Source: Octopus vulgaris (lineage: Eukaryota). From it: 64,000 nucleotides of DNA. Position 1 is the first letter of the stretch. Each line of letters begins with the position of its first letter. Of the stretch, positions 1 through 12,668 are shown piece by piece. Below the pieces are notes generated by a model, which worked only from the letters and a program-made list of their open reading frames with translations, made no database searches and had not been told where the DNA came from. A program made the position numbers and the translations under genes. Location of the stretch: contig OX597823.1 of the NCBI GenBank assembly GCA_951406725.2, positions 67,766,001 through 67,830,000 of the forward strand, read 5' to 3'.

Positions 1-445
1 AAATGATAAAACAGAAATAACCAGTACATTTGTTTTGGGCAAATAACCTTATTTTAGACCTAATTACTTCTCTGAAACATTTCTCACAGAATTTACACCA
101 ATTTCCCAAGTAGAATTGAAACACATTATTTTGAATTGGTCTGTTCAATTAAGATTTCATGAATTTTCAGGGAATAATAGCTTTCACTGGGAAACTGGGA
201 ATAGAAAATGGATTTACTCTGCAAAATACCCATACATTCTAAAAACAGGAAAATCACTTTAAAAATATCACTGAAACATCAATATATACAATAAGTGTTC
301 ATGTGTAGTTTGTGTGTAAACTATATTTGTTCAAATTTAGATTAATTCTTTTTGTAATCGTATCTCTAATAGAATCTGGTGATTGATTATGAATTATAAA
401 AATAATCAACAATTTGAAGGGATTTTGTAAAATGACATGTTTTCA

Positions 446-934
446 ATAACCATTTATTATTTAGATTACTCTGTCAATGTAATGCATATTTATTTATGCT
501 AGTGGTTGTCAACTGGGGTCCACATAGCCCTTGCGGAGTTCATATAAGATTTTGTTGTTAAAATTTATGTGTAATAAATTGGTTAGACTTCTACAAATAC
601 ACAAAGTATTTTAACAATCTTTTAATACAATTCCCAATGATATTTAATCATAAAAATAAAATGGGATTTTTTAAAAATATTGAATGGCTATAGGGCTCCA
701 CTAGAATAAAATAGGAATCAAGGGGGTCCATAACAAAAATGGTTGAAAACCACTGATTTTCACTCTCTTGAATTAATCATGCAATGTCTTGTAACTTCAA
801 AATTTTAATGATACAATTGCTTATTTTTAGTGACAGTGTAGGGTAAGTGTAAGAGGCCAGATCTGGTTGGTTAAAACATAAACCAAGTAGAATATTTGGA
901 TCATATATAAGCAGTTTAAATGCTAAAGGGTTAA
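446..934. mobile_element. piggyBac-like MITE, interrupted by a hAT-like MITE
   Basis: Right end aatgctaaagggTTAA; degenerate left end taaccattt. Internal sequence recurs at 13885-14408. Confidence 0.6.
500..755. mobile_element. hAT/Charlie-like MITE
   Basis: Terminal inverted repeats tagtggttgtcaac ... gttgaaaaccactg with internal ggggtcca motifs. It splits the MITE at 446-934. Confidence 0.6.
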
Positions 935-949
935 GTTGATGTGCAAAAC

Positions 950-1165
950 ATAGTGAGTTGGCAGAAGCATTACAAGATTGGTAAAATATGATATTTTTCC
1001 CTACTCTTTACAATCTGTTCAAATTCTGCTAAGATTAGTTTAGCTTCTCACCCCTCTGAGGCTGATAAAGTAAGGCACTGATCTATTACTGGAGTCGATG
1101 TAATTGACTAATCAGCTCTCTTCAAAATTGATGGTTTTATGCTTAACTTGGAAATAATTATTAAT
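950..1165 (+). mobile_element. Degenerate Nin-domain-like tRNA SINE
   Basis: ttcaaattctgctaag...gctgataaagtaaggcac...ggagtcgatgtaattgac, similar to the better copy at 19698-19915. Confidence 0.55.
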
Positions 1166-1302
1166 TTGGTGCTTGAAACCAAATTTCACAACAGGTTTTT
1201 AATAAAATTATGATAATTTCACGAGCAGGCTGTTCTATTGATTAAATCAATTGGAACCTTCATTGTTTTAACCACCAGAGTGCCAGTTATATATATATGT
1301 AT

Positions 1303-1695
1303 ACTCTTTAACTCTTTTCAGCCATTTGACTGCAGCCATTCTGGAGCACCGCCTTTAGTCGAGCAAATCGACCCTAGGACTTATTCTTTGTAAGCCTAGT
1401 ACTTATTCTATTGGTCATTTTTGCCGAACTGCTAAGTTACGGGGAGGCAAACACACCAGCATCGTTTGTCAAGAGATGTTGGGAGGACAAACACAGACAT
1501 GCAAACACACACACATATATACACATATATACGACAGGCTTCTTTCAGTTTCCGTCTGCCAAATCCACTCACGAGGCTTTGGTCGGCCCGAGGCTATAGT
1601 AGAAGCCACTTGTCCAAAGTGCCACGCAGTGGAACTGAACCCAGAACTATGTGGTTCGTAAGCAAGCTTCTTACCATACAGCCACTCCTGCACCT
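1303..1695 (-). mobile_element. tRNA-derived SINE family A (CORE-like box, internal TA/TG microsatellite), full length
   Basis: Reverse complement matches copies at 49378-49760 and 56830-57200: tggctgtgtggtaag A box, ggttcagtccc B box, ggcaccttgggcaagtg core, aagtaaaagag tail. Confidence 0.9.
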
Positions 1696-2078
1696 ATGTA
1701 TGCATATATGTATATACATGACAGGCTTTCAGTTTTCATCTACCAAATCCACTGACAAGGCTTTGACTGACACTTGCAAACGTACATACATACAAGTACA
1801 TATATAATAGTAATGATGATGATGATGATGACTGGTAGTGGTTATAACTATGAGGAAAAGGAGGAAGATGAAGCTGGTAATGAAAGGGAGGAAAAGAAGA
1901 AACTGATCATATTGGTGGTGGTGGTGGAGTTAGGTATCAATAGTGATGAGGATGATGATTTAGTTAGTAGCCTCATACTTAATCTACCAATAAGTTTTAC
2001 TTTCTTAAGTAAATTACCTGGAGCCAGAAATAGTATCTCTACACAAAACTATTCTTGTAGTGTGTGTGTGTATGTATG

Positions 2079-2109
<31 letters not shown>

Positions 2110-2610
2110 ATGTGTATGTGTGTATGTATATGTGTGTGTGTGTGTATATAAAATATATGTGTATGTGTGTATATATATATATCAGGTGATTTTCTTTATA
2201 TGCCTGCCAGATATTTTCATCTCTGAAAAAGAAAAAAAAAACCATACAGAGCAATACAAGGTTGTTGACTGAAGGTAAATAAGAGAGTAGTGGTGCGTTA
2301 AATTGATAATGGGTTTGATAAACTGCATAAGCGTAAGACAACTGGCATGATGTATTTTAATTATGTCATTAAAAGATAAATAAAAGGAAACAAAAAAAAT
2401 AAGATTTTGGATTTTGATGACGTTGCAGATGAAATGAGAGCAAGAGGCAACAAACTCTTCAAAGTTAGGATACTGACACACACGCACGTACATTCGCACA
2501 CATATGTATGTATGCGTATATGTATATATGTATGTGTGTATGCATATATATATATATATATACGCACACACTTGTATATGATGTATACATATGAATATAT
2601 ACATATATAT

Positions 2611-2800
2611 CATCATCATCATCATCGTTTAACATCCGTTCTCCATGCTAGCATGGGTTGGACGGTTCAACCGGGGATCTGGGAAGCCAGAAGGCTGCAC
2701 CAGGCTCCGGTCTGATCTGGTAATGTTTCTACAGCTGGATGCCCTTCCTAACGCCAACCACTCCGTGAGTGTAGTGAGTGCTTTTTACGTGCCACCTGCA
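2611..2800 (-). mobile_element. RTE LINE 3' end fragment with (GAT)n tail
   Basis: (cat)n-cgtttaac...ggatgcccttcctaacgccaacc, the same end as the RT-bearing copy at 52228-54022. Confidence 0.85.
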
Positions 2801-2801
2801 T

Positions 2802-3878
2802 ATAAATATGAAAAATAGGACAAAAACAAAATAGAGGATAATAAAACATTCAGACAGATTGACAATACAAAGAGGGACAGGGGAAACAACAATTAGAAGA
2901 ACAGGGAAAAAAGAAGGACGGGTCATTTGTGGCCTTCTTTCTTCAGTCAAGTTACCAGATATCCTTATTGTTTCAAGCAGTTACACTTGAAACAGTTTGA
3001 TCTGGTTCCCCCTAAAAGAGTCTCAGCCAAGAGCATTAGGTCTTTTGTAAGAAATCTTGCAAATGTGTATGGCAACAAAGACGAAAAAAGGGAGAACCTG
3101 AAACAATTAAAAATACAAGCAACAAGAATATAACAACAGGTGTCTTTTGACTGAGAATGAATCAAATTGAGCTGGTGTATATGAAGTGAAAGCCTAAGGG
3201 CAGGAAGGAACACAGGAGGTGGACATAGGTGTTGGTGGTCGGCAGTCAGACCAAGAAAGAATGATCATGGCTAGCCGGACACCAGTCAAATGGAAGGAGC
3301 AGAGAGGGTTAGGGGGCAGTGGAATTGAAGGATTAGAAAAAAATCAAAGTGACAAAAGGAAAGGTACAGGGGAGATAAATGAGGAAAAGTGGGAGTTAAA
3401 AAAAGAGAGGGCCAAGAAATGTGAGAGAGAGGAGGAGCAAGGAAAAGAAAAGAGGAAGAAAGTATGAGGGAGACTAAAAGATAGAGTAAAAGTGTTGTGC
3501 AAAATTTAGATACTATAAGGTGAGCACAAGTGTGTATGTACTCCACTATATGTATATATAAATATTAAAAATGGAACAAAAACACAATAGAGGACAATAA
3601 AACATTTAGGCAGACGATACGAAGACGGAGTGGGAAAAAAAGACAGGTCATTCATGACCTTCTTTCTTCAGTCAAGTTACCAGATGTCCTTACTGTTTCA
3701 GGCAGTTACATTTGAGACAGTTCGATCTAGTGCCCCCCTCCCAAAGTCTAAGCTGAGAGCATTAGATTTTTTGTAAGAAAGCTATCAAATGTGTATTGCA
3801 ACAAAGACAAAAAATGGAGAACATGGTACATAATTACAAATGCAAACAACAAGAATATAACAGGTGTCTTTGGCTCTG
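2802..3878. repeat. Tandem ~320-350 bp direct repeats (2802-3153, 3557-3878) adjoining a Penelope-like remnant (pLTR-like)
   Basis: Both copies share caaaaaca(a/c)aatagagga...ttcagtcaagttaccagat...caggtgtcttt. Confidence 0.7.
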
Positions 3879-3879
3879 G

Positions 3880-4745
3880 TGGGTAAGGCTGATTGGGAGT
3901 GGAGGAATTAGCTTTATCCACCACCAGAGCCAAAGCCGCATACCTGAGAAATGAGATTGCACGTATAAACAACAATTGCAGCTAAGTGACCGACAAAGCC
4001 ATCAACACCAAGCAGTTCCTTAGAGACCGAACCCTGAATAGCTACACACCATCTTCAGCCAAACAACTGTGCCTAAAAAACATCAGGGTCAATAAACCCC
4101 GGAAGAACCATCATACTACTAAGTCTGGCATGTGCTTCCTAAAGCTACCACATTTTGATGACAGAACTACTGCAGTGATACAACACGCAGTCTGCAGGGA
4201 AAGACTCGACATACAGATAGTGCACACCAGCCCATCCTTGAGAAAAGCTCTGCCCAAGATCAACACCTCTCACTACTCCTAGGAGTGCATATTTCGAACT
4301 GCCCCATCGAAGACCCTGAATTGTACCAGAGGACCTATGCTGTATAAGAGATCATCTGTGGCAAATGTGCATCCTACGTAGGAAGCAAAGAAAACTGCAT
4401 ATATGCATAAAGGAACACATGCATTCAGACACTTCCATGAAGAAACATCTATGGAAATGCCAGATCCAGGAATTCACAGTGCACATCAGGGCAACACAGC
4501 AGAACAGGGGCAACCTTAGAATCTCTAAGGCCATCTTCATACACCAAAGGAAACCAAAAATCAACAGAAGAGAGTTACAGGAAGCTAGCTGGTTGCTATA
4601 GCAACACCTTTCTGCACATGTCCACCCCACACATGCTCACGCACATCGGCAACGTTTGTTAATTTCTTGAAAATGAGGTCATAACCCTGAAATATTAAAA
4701 GCAAGGTAAGTCTACATTAATTCATATATTTGTTTCTTGTGATTT
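3880..4745 (+). mobile_element. Penelope-like element remnant, GIY-YIG endonuclease region (pseudogenised)
   Basis: ORF pieces FLKLPHF..., CASYVGS and IKEHMHS...KKHL...LRISKAIFIHQRKPKINRRE are typical of the PLE GIY-YIG region. Fold-back junction at 3870-3934. Confidence 0.75.
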
Positions 4746-4829
4746 GCATTTACTTCGCATTGTTCTGGCCTTACCTACAATCCTTTATACAATATATTCT
4801 ACACAATATTTCATAGTAATTATTCCATT

Positions 4830-4871
4830 ACATATATATTTATATACATATACACACACGCACACACATAC

Positions 4872-4923
<52 letters not shown>

Positions 4924-5047
4924 GTATATCTATCTATATATATATGTATGTACATACATATGTATATTATATATATATATATAAATATATATATATATAC
5001 ACATATGTATATCTATCTATATATATGTATGTACATACATATGTATA

Positions 5048-5088
<41 letters not shown>

Positions 5089-5134
5089 GTATATCTATCT
5101 ATATATATATGTATGTACATACATATGTATATTG

Positions 5135-5168
<34 letters not shown>

Positions 5169-5283
5169 GTATATCTATCTATATATATATGTATGTACAT
5201 ACATATGTATATGATATATATATATATATATATACACATATGTATATCTATCTATATATATATGTATGTACATACATATGTAT

Positions 5284-5331
<48 letters not shown>

Positions 5332-5348
5332 CTTACACACACACACAC
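4830..5348. repeat. Compound TA microsatellite with a higher-order ~60-80 bp unit
   Basis: atatgtatatctatctatatatatgtatgtacatacatatgtat recurs five times. Confidence 0.9.
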
Positions 5349-5902
5349 AAGATTTGTGTATGAGTCTATATATCTTAAAGATCTGAAAGGGATCTGTTTT
5401 GCTTTTTAAAACTATTTCTCTGTTTAGCACTGTTGATTTACAGAGATGTTTTAAGCATAGTTTCTCAAACTCTTTTCTCTTTTTTCTGTTTTTACCTTTC
5501 AAAAAGATTCATTACTGCTAAGTTAGCCATGACTAAGTATATATTATTTTTAGCTAATTTTCCGCACAAGATCAGTGAGATGTAAATTTCTTTGGAGGGA
5601 TGATGAAGTTTGAAAATATTCAGCTTTAATTATGTCCTTTGTTATTTTTTCTTGATTAACATTTTCAAGGTTGTTAACTTAGAATAGAACTGATTTAAAA
5701 TACAAAAAAAAAAAAAAATAGTTTGGTATTTTTTTGTTTATTTTATTTTATTTTGGCACCAATTAATTTGAGTGAAAAATATTCGTTTGGGCTTTTATAT
5801 TTTGGATATTTCTTTTCTGAAGTAAGTGAAAAAATATTCTTTATAAACATCAAACACATTCGCACATACACGTGAACACATAAATATATATGTGCACACA
5901 CA

Positions 5903-5951
<49 letters not shown>

Positions 5952-6384
5952 ACTCTTGCAGTTAATTGTATATGTGTGTTTGTGTATTTGTCCTTTGATG
6001 GAAAGCCTTACAAATGAGATCCCTTGAGATATTTATTCTGCATCAAGTTAAAGACACTCTACTGTTACTGACATCATCAAAAATGCAGTGAATCAGTAAG
6101 TCATCCATTGGAGACCTGTAACTAACAATCATTCATCATCATCACCAAATTGAAGGAAGATCTCTAATGACATAATACAATTATCAAACTATATAGTAAT
6201 GACACTGAAGGAGTATTTCCAATGACTCATTTGAGTTTTCAAGCTAAACATGCATTCTAGGTTTGGTGTTGCTCTTACAGAAAAGCATAAATGTCACAGA
6301 ATCTTGCTTATATTTCCCTAAAATATAGAGAAATAGGACCTTTGTGTTTTGACAGTCATGTATTTTTTGTGCCAATGATATAGC

Positions 6385-6602
6385 CATTATATGGTCACTC
6401 ATTCTGGCGGAAATAGCAGCCAAATCTTCTTCAAATCACCCATTTTATGTCTTCAAGAATGGAAAGACTCGTTGGATAAGTTGGTCTGTGATACATGTCT
6501 GAATAAAAGTTAGAATGGTTACAGCTTGAATGCTTTTGATCATAGGTCTATTTAGTCACTGGTGACCTAGAGGAGCTAAATAAAAACAACAACAACAACA
6601 AA
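6385..6602 (+). mobile_element. SINE-like family D with (CAA)n tail
   Basis: gaaatagcagccaaatct...ttttgatcataggtct...ctaaataaaaacaacaac. Related pieces near 16575-16780, 20640-20850, 20940-21190, 33470-33670(-), 46090-46260(-) and 47380-47470. Confidence 0.6.
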
Positions 6603-6704
6603 ACCTATGTGAGAGTAATTATATGGTTGCTCAACCTGCTAGAACTAGCAGCCAAATCTTCAACTCACACCATGTCATCTTAAGGTAAAAATGGTCACTT
6701 TGAA

Positions 6705-6910
6705 TAATGGTTTCGAATTTTGCACAAGGCCAGCAATTTCAAGGGTAGGGCTTTAGTTGATTACATGAACCCTAATACATTGGGCTGGTACTTTATCTTA
6801 TTAAGCCTGAAAAGATGAAAGGCAAAGCTGTTCCTGACAAGATCTGAACTGAGAATGTAAAGAAAATTTCACGAAGCATTTTGTTTGGTGAGCTAATGAT
6901 TCTGCCAAGA
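6705..6910 (-). mobile_element. Nin-domain-like SINE
   Basis: ctggtactttat...aagatgaaaggcaaag...gaactgagaatgtaaag...attctgcca. Confidence 0.65.
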
Positions 6911-6956
6911 TGGAATGGTCATAGCTGGAATGTTTTTTGATCATAAGTCTACTCAG

Positions 6957-7477
6957 TCTATACATTGAACCCAATGTGTGGAGCACTTTAGGCAAATGAC
7001 TTTTATCATGGACAATGCCTAGTGAGTGGAATTTTGTAGGTGGAAACTATGCAGAAGCTTTTTACTAATACATGCATGCACACACACACAAACAATTAGA
7101 AGGTAAAGCTTATTGAATTATAACTGAATTTCACATTACTGGACATTCAGATGATTAAAGTAAGGAAGCAGCAAGATTTATGAGCAAAAATATTTGTAGA
7201 CACATCAAAACTTGATGACTCTGAGATTTGATTGGTTGCTAAAAAGACCATTTGAAAATGCACCACACATTCATCTATTCAAGTATCATATCCAAAACAC
7301 TTTACACACACACATACACACACACACTCATGCACTCATGTTTACATGCCAAAAAACTGATATTCCATGTGTTCAGTATTATATGTGTGAAACACATAAA
7401 AGCAGCAAGGTGCTTGTTGTTAATGAAAAGTAATTGAATAATGTTTCCATATGACCGTCTTTCAGAGTATATCCAAA
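6957..7477 (+). repeat. ~515 bp direct duplication, derived copy of 9081-9587
   Basis: Near-identical from tctatacattgaacccaatg to ttcagagtatatccaaa. Confidence 0.95.
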
Positions 7478-7929
7478 GCCATAATTAAAACCTGTGTATG
7501 TATGTCTTTTGTGAAAAATATTTATGCACAGACGTGTTAGATTTCTAGAAAAATATGGGGGAAAAACAGAAAATAAAATAAAGAAAACTGAAGTGAGATT
7601 CCTATATCCAGGATATTAGAGATATTGTAACATAAATAAGGCTACATATATAGTATATTTGTAGTACTTCCCTTAGTAGATGCAGATACTAACAGATATT
7701 AGCAAGTGCATTTGTCAAGCAAAGCTTCAGCTGTGAGAGAGAGAGATTATAGAAATATCTTTTCTCTCTCTCAAACAAATCAACATTGCATTACTCTCTA
7801 TATGCAGTTACTAACAGACATTAGCAGTAATGTATAGCTTCCAATATGTGGAAGCAATTATTAAAATATTGTTTTGTCTCTCAAACAAATCAACACATAT
7901 ATTTGAAAGTCAGTCAAAAGTATAAGTTA

Positions 7930-9100
7930 GTTATAAATGTGTTGGTACTCACCACTGATACGGAAGGAAAGAAAGTAGCATGAAAGTGCTATTGTGAGAG
8001 GCTGCCAAATGTGGAAGAATGTATGGGATAAACAGGGGTTACTGCATACTGACCTTACAGAGGGAGTAGCATGGTAATTAAAGTGATCAAAGGAATGAAG
8101 AAAGAAAGTTGTGAGTCGATCAAAGATAGTTGCAGAAACACTCAAAATATCTGTTGAAGTAGGATGCATGATTACAATCTGTAGAGTTGATTTAATTAAG
8201 TCATATGTTGGGGCAAGCGAAAGCGAAATCGAATTGAACCAGCCAGGATCACTGGTCTGGTGGTGCGTAAAAAGCACTATCCGACTCGTGGCCGATGCCA
8301 GCGCCGCCTCGACTGGCTTCCATGCCGGTGGCACATAAAATACACCAATCCGACCGTGGCCGTTGTCAGCCTCACCTGGCACCTGTGCAGGTAGCACGTA
8401 AAAAGCACCCACTACACTCACGGAGTGGTTGGCGTTAGGAAGGGCATCCAGCTGTAGAAACATTGCCAGATAAGACTGGAGCCTGGTGCAGCCTTCTGGC
8501 TTCCCAGATCCCCAGTCGAACCGTCCAACCCATGCTAGCATGGAGAACGGACGTTAAACGATGATGATGATGATGATGATATAGGAAGGTATCATATCCA
8601 ATGACTAGTACAGCAGAATTATCTATTTCTTTACTACCCACAAGGGGCTAAACATAGCAGAATTATCATAAACTGTTACAAAATCAAAGGCAGTGCCTAT
8701 GAGAGAAGCAACTATAGAGAAATCAAACTGTTTGTTCAAGTTATGAAGATCACAGAGAAAGTATTAGCAGAACTAGTCTGTGACAAAGTAGAGATAGATG
8801 AAATGCAGTTTGACTTTATCCCCAGAAGAAGCACTACAGATGCAATCTTTCTAGTGAGACAACTGTGGGAGAAATGCTTGGCTAAGAATAAATTGCTCTT
8901 CCTGGTTTTCATTGATTTGGAGTTGTTTGGCACAGTACTACACTCAATAATTAGATAATCACCGAGGAAGCTAGGTGTAAACAAATAGTTTGTGAGGGCT
9001 GTAGGTAAGAAAGAAGACAAGATCTTGGTACCTTCAGGAAAATGGCCATACATGATGTTGGGAAAAGGAGTAAGTAAAACTCTATACATTGAACCCAATG
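7930..9100 (+). mobile_element. Decayed RTE LINE reverse-transcriptase fragment, interrupted
   Basis: Peptides KIVAETLKIS, IDEMQFDFIPRRSTTDAIFLVRQLWEK...LFLVFIDLE and PSGKWP; stops and frameshifts present. Confidence 0.8.
8212..8580 (+). mobile_element. Young RTE 3' end insertion with hairpin-unit array and (GAT)n tail
   Basis: About three ggtggcac(g/a)taaaa units, then ggcgttaggaagggcatcc and cgttaaac(gat)n. Confidence 0.9.
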
Positions 9101-9587
9101 TGTGGAGCACTTTAGGCAAATGACTTTTATCATGGACAATGCCTAGCGAGTGGAATTTGGTAGGTGGAAACTATGCAGAAGCTTTTCACTAATACATGCA
9201 TGCACACACACACACACAATTAGAAGGTAAAGCTTATTGAATTATAACTGAATTTTACATTACTGGACATTCAGATGATTAAAGTAAGGCAGCAGCAAGA
9301 TTTACGAGCAAAAATATTTGTAGACACATCAAAACTTGATGACTCTGAGATTTGATTGGTTGCTAAAAAAAAACATTTGAAAATACACCACACATTCATC
9401 TATTCAAGCATCATATCCAAAACACTTTACACACACACTCATGCACTCATGTTTACGTGCCAAAAAACTGATATTCCATGTGTTCAGTATTATATGTGTA
9501 AAACACATAAAAGCAGCAAGGTGCTTGTTGTTAATGAAAAGTAATTGAATAATGTTTCCATATGACCGTCTTTCAGAGTATATCCAA
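9081..9587 (+). repeat. ~505 bp direct duplication, source copy
   Basis: Continuous with the upstream RTE-derived sequence (aactctatacattgaacccaatgt corresponds to the NSIxCTQC motif). Confidence 0.95.
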
Positions 9588-9777
9588 ATTCACAGAATAG
9601 AATAAATATGCTATTTTATCCAAATTGTGAAAATTCTCATCAGATGTTGTACTTTTCTGTGAGATAAATATTACAGCCATTAATATAGAGGGACATGTGT
9701 TTTATCAGTTTTATAATTGTTCATATCACTACCTTTTAACCTCTCAATATATTTAGATGGTGATGTATCTTTTTCAG

Positions 9778-9906
9778 GCTTACCTACCTACTTATGCATG
9801 TAAAGGCTGGATATGGTGGTCTCTGCAAAAGAAACTTTCATGATTCAATGGAGGGAGAGGAGGCTGCAGCAATTCATTCTGGAGTGCAGGGAGCCAAATG
9901 AAGCAA
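9778..9906 (+). other. Candidate spliced exon (129 nt), product unknown
   Basis: tctttttcAG acceptor, AAgtaaga donor, higher GC than flanks. One frame reads LTYLLMHVKAGYGGLCKRNFHDSMEGEEAAAIHSGVQGAK then TGA. Confidence 0.3.
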
Positions 9907-11400
9907 GTAAGACATTTTGGTCATCTACTGTATTTGTCTCCATCCATTGTTATTTTCATCAGGTCTGGCCACTGGATTGAATATGATCATACATGAAGGA
10001 GTGAAACTGACAGTGTACAACTCTTCTTCAGTTAAAAAAAAAAAAAAAGCCACCACATAAGTTATGAGTCATTGTCAAGGATGACTAAATGATCCTTACC
10101 ACTCTGACTGATGAGCATGATACCTATATACAGAAGACATGACAATATTTACATATCTTTGAATGTGAGTGGATGTATACATTATGGGTTCTGCATATGA
10201 TAATTGAATTGATGAATGTGTGTTACATTCCGAAATGTTTGTTGACAACCATTCAAATCTCAATGATTTATGATATTTTGATGTGTTTATGAATTACTTA
10301 TATATTGTCACACTGTTTCCCTAATATAATGGTTGGAATAATCTGAAACATGAATGTAATTGTTACAACTTAGGACCCTTTAACTTCAAATAAATTAAAC
10401 AAGCTTTAATTCATATGCTGAGCACTTTTTTTGTAAGCACAAATCTAAGCAATACATTTTTAAAATGTGTACGATATGCTATCAATATTGCTGACATCAA
10501 GTTTACAAATCCCTCAAGGCTGAGCCTCTATGTAGCATGTGTATATAACAAAAATCAAATTGATTCTATTTCAATTTTGATTCTCATAGAAACTGATGTA
10601 TTCACTTTTATATTCTATTATATTATATAATTTCTCTAAGCCTTACGTTTATGAACAAAAATACAAATATATATATATGTGTATGTGTAATATATATATA
10701 TATATATATTATTCAAAGGAATTCCAACTCTGTCTATTTTCTTTAATGTTTTATTTATATTCTTTATCATATTAATGTAGAGTATAGAATATATAGTATA
10801 AATAGTATATATAGTAAAATGGAATGAAGTATTGTTTTATTGAATAGATGAAATATTGAATATCAAATATTAAGGGACTGTAATATAGTCCCTTAATATC
10901 AAATATTCAGGGGCTATATATATATATGCTTCTGGCCAACATATCTGATGAGTTGTCTATATTGCCAAGAGCAATAGTAGACACAAAACCAATGGTGACT
11001 TTTTGAATGACTATATGACATAACCAACCATCACAAAAAATATACTATTTAACTGCATAAAAGTACAACTGCTCAAAATATTTTTCGAACTTATGGACAA
11101 CTGACTGTGTGTGTGCGTGTTATATTCATCATCATAATAATCATTGATTATTATATTTTAAATATTATTGAAGATATATACTCCTTCAATCCTTATGTGG
11201 TGATATAATGACATCTGTACAATGGCTATATACACATTTTAATACAACCATTGTTGGAGAAATTGAATGTCTTTCATGTGGAAGATAAACTCTAATGATA
11301 AAGTATTTATAGAATGTAGAGAAGTCACTGGAATGGTTTCCCACTGGCTTATCCTATTCTATCAGTAGTCTTTAACTCAGTACTGTTAATTTGACAGTGT

Positions 11401-12110
11401 GAGGGCACATGGCCTAGTGGTTATGGCAATGTACTCATGATCATAAGATCATGGTTTCAATTCCCAGACCAGGTACGTACTTGTACTTGTGATGGCATTC
11501 ATCCAGGGCGGGTTGAGCCGGCTTCTTCTCTGGTCCTGATGGCATCACGAACCAGTAGCAGTAGGATTCATAGAAGAAGTTTCGTGGAAATATTGAATTC
11601 ACAAGCGGTTCCCGACATCCCGCATGCATATCCCGAGTGACGGGACGCCCTGTTTGCCGCGGAGTGTCCACAGATGCAGGGACAGAACGAAGCCACTGGT
11701 TGCCGATCAGACACCTCTTGGGATTTTTCACCAGTGCCCCGTTGGCCAGGCTGCGGCCCTAATACTGCTCGGTGCCAGACCAATCCACCTTGGGTGGCCC
11801 TACCAGGAACCGAAGTTCCCGACGGCATAGTTCTGATACTGCCCGGTTACACCACCCTACCGCTTTGAAGAGGGGTTGGACTTTAGGGAGGAACCAGACC
11901 AGGTAGTGCATTTGCTAGAGCAAAACATTTCATCTCATTGTCCTGCAATCACTTCTACTTCTGATGTGTGGTACATTGTGCACCTGTTCTGACAATGTCA
12001 GTTTGATGGAGAGAGTGAGCTAATGTACAGCACAAGCATTTGATCACTATAACAAAATCCTTTGCACAGGTCATTTAGCAAGAAAGCAGGTTGTTCAGCA
12101 ATATTGAATG
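11401..12110 (+). mobile_element. tRNA-derived SINE split by an insertion
   Basis: A box tggcctagtgg, B box ggtttcaattcc; the body resumes after 11905. Confidence 0.7.
11476..11893 (-). mobile_element. Short bipartite RTE-derived non-autonomous retroelement with 12-bp TSD
   Basis: TSD ccagaccaggta at 11464-11475 and 11894-11905; (acaagt)n 3' tail; RTE-like end gccggctcaacccgccctggatgaatgccatcacaagta; RTE-5'UTR-like ctatgccg...ctggtagggccaccca. Confidence 0.8.
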
Positions 12111-12310
12111 CTATTGGCATTGTCTAAGGGAAAAGTAAAGACTTATACAGCTTAGTACAAATGTTACAAGCAAATTCAGAATGTAAAACTAGAAATTCAA
12201 TTAATTTCACCACCCGTGACTTTTGTGTTATTTTATTAATCCCAGAAGAATGAAATGCTAAGTTGACCTTGGTAGGATTTGAACTCAGAATGTAAAGAGC
12301 TAGAATAAAT

Positions 12311-12668
12311 CATCATCGTCATCATCATCATCGTTTAACGTCCGTTCTCCATGCTAGCATGGGTTGGACGGTTCGACCGGGGATCTGGGAAGCCAGAAGG
12401 CTGCACCAGGCTCCGGTCTTATCTGGCAATGTTTCTACAGCTGGATGCCCTTCCTAACGCCAACCACTCCGTGAGTGTAGTGGGTGCTTTTTACGTGCCA
12501 CCTGCACTGGTGCCAGGCGAGGCTGGCATCGGCCACGGTCGGATTGGTGCATTTTACGTGCCACCTGCACGGAAGCCAGTCGAGGCGGCACTGGCATTGG
12601 CCACGGTCGGATTGGTGCATTTTACGTGCCACCGACATGGAAGCCAGTCGACGCGGCGCTGGCGCATC
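12311..12668 (-). mobile_element. RTE 3' end with three hairpin units, inserted in a Nin-SINE
   Basis: Same subfamily as 8212-8580; host SINE halves at ~12185-12310 and ~12672-12715. Confidence 0.9.

Noticed and set aside
4660-4705. Possible hammerhead at the end of the PLE remnant
   Set aside because: The core is too degenerate (ttgaaaa in place of CTGANGA).
10105-10145. CTGATGA followed by a catg helix
   Set aside because: No GAAA box.
10940-11000. CTGATGA-gttgtcta...tagacac-AAAA hammerhead-like motif
   Set aside because: GAAA is mutated and there is no clear stem I or cleavage triplet; probably a decayed copy, so not counted.
11740-11893. HDV-like or twister ribozyme at the 5' end of the bipartite RTE
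   Set aside because: A P1-like helix exists but P3/L3 geometry and twister consensus residues do not fit; reported only as structured RNA.
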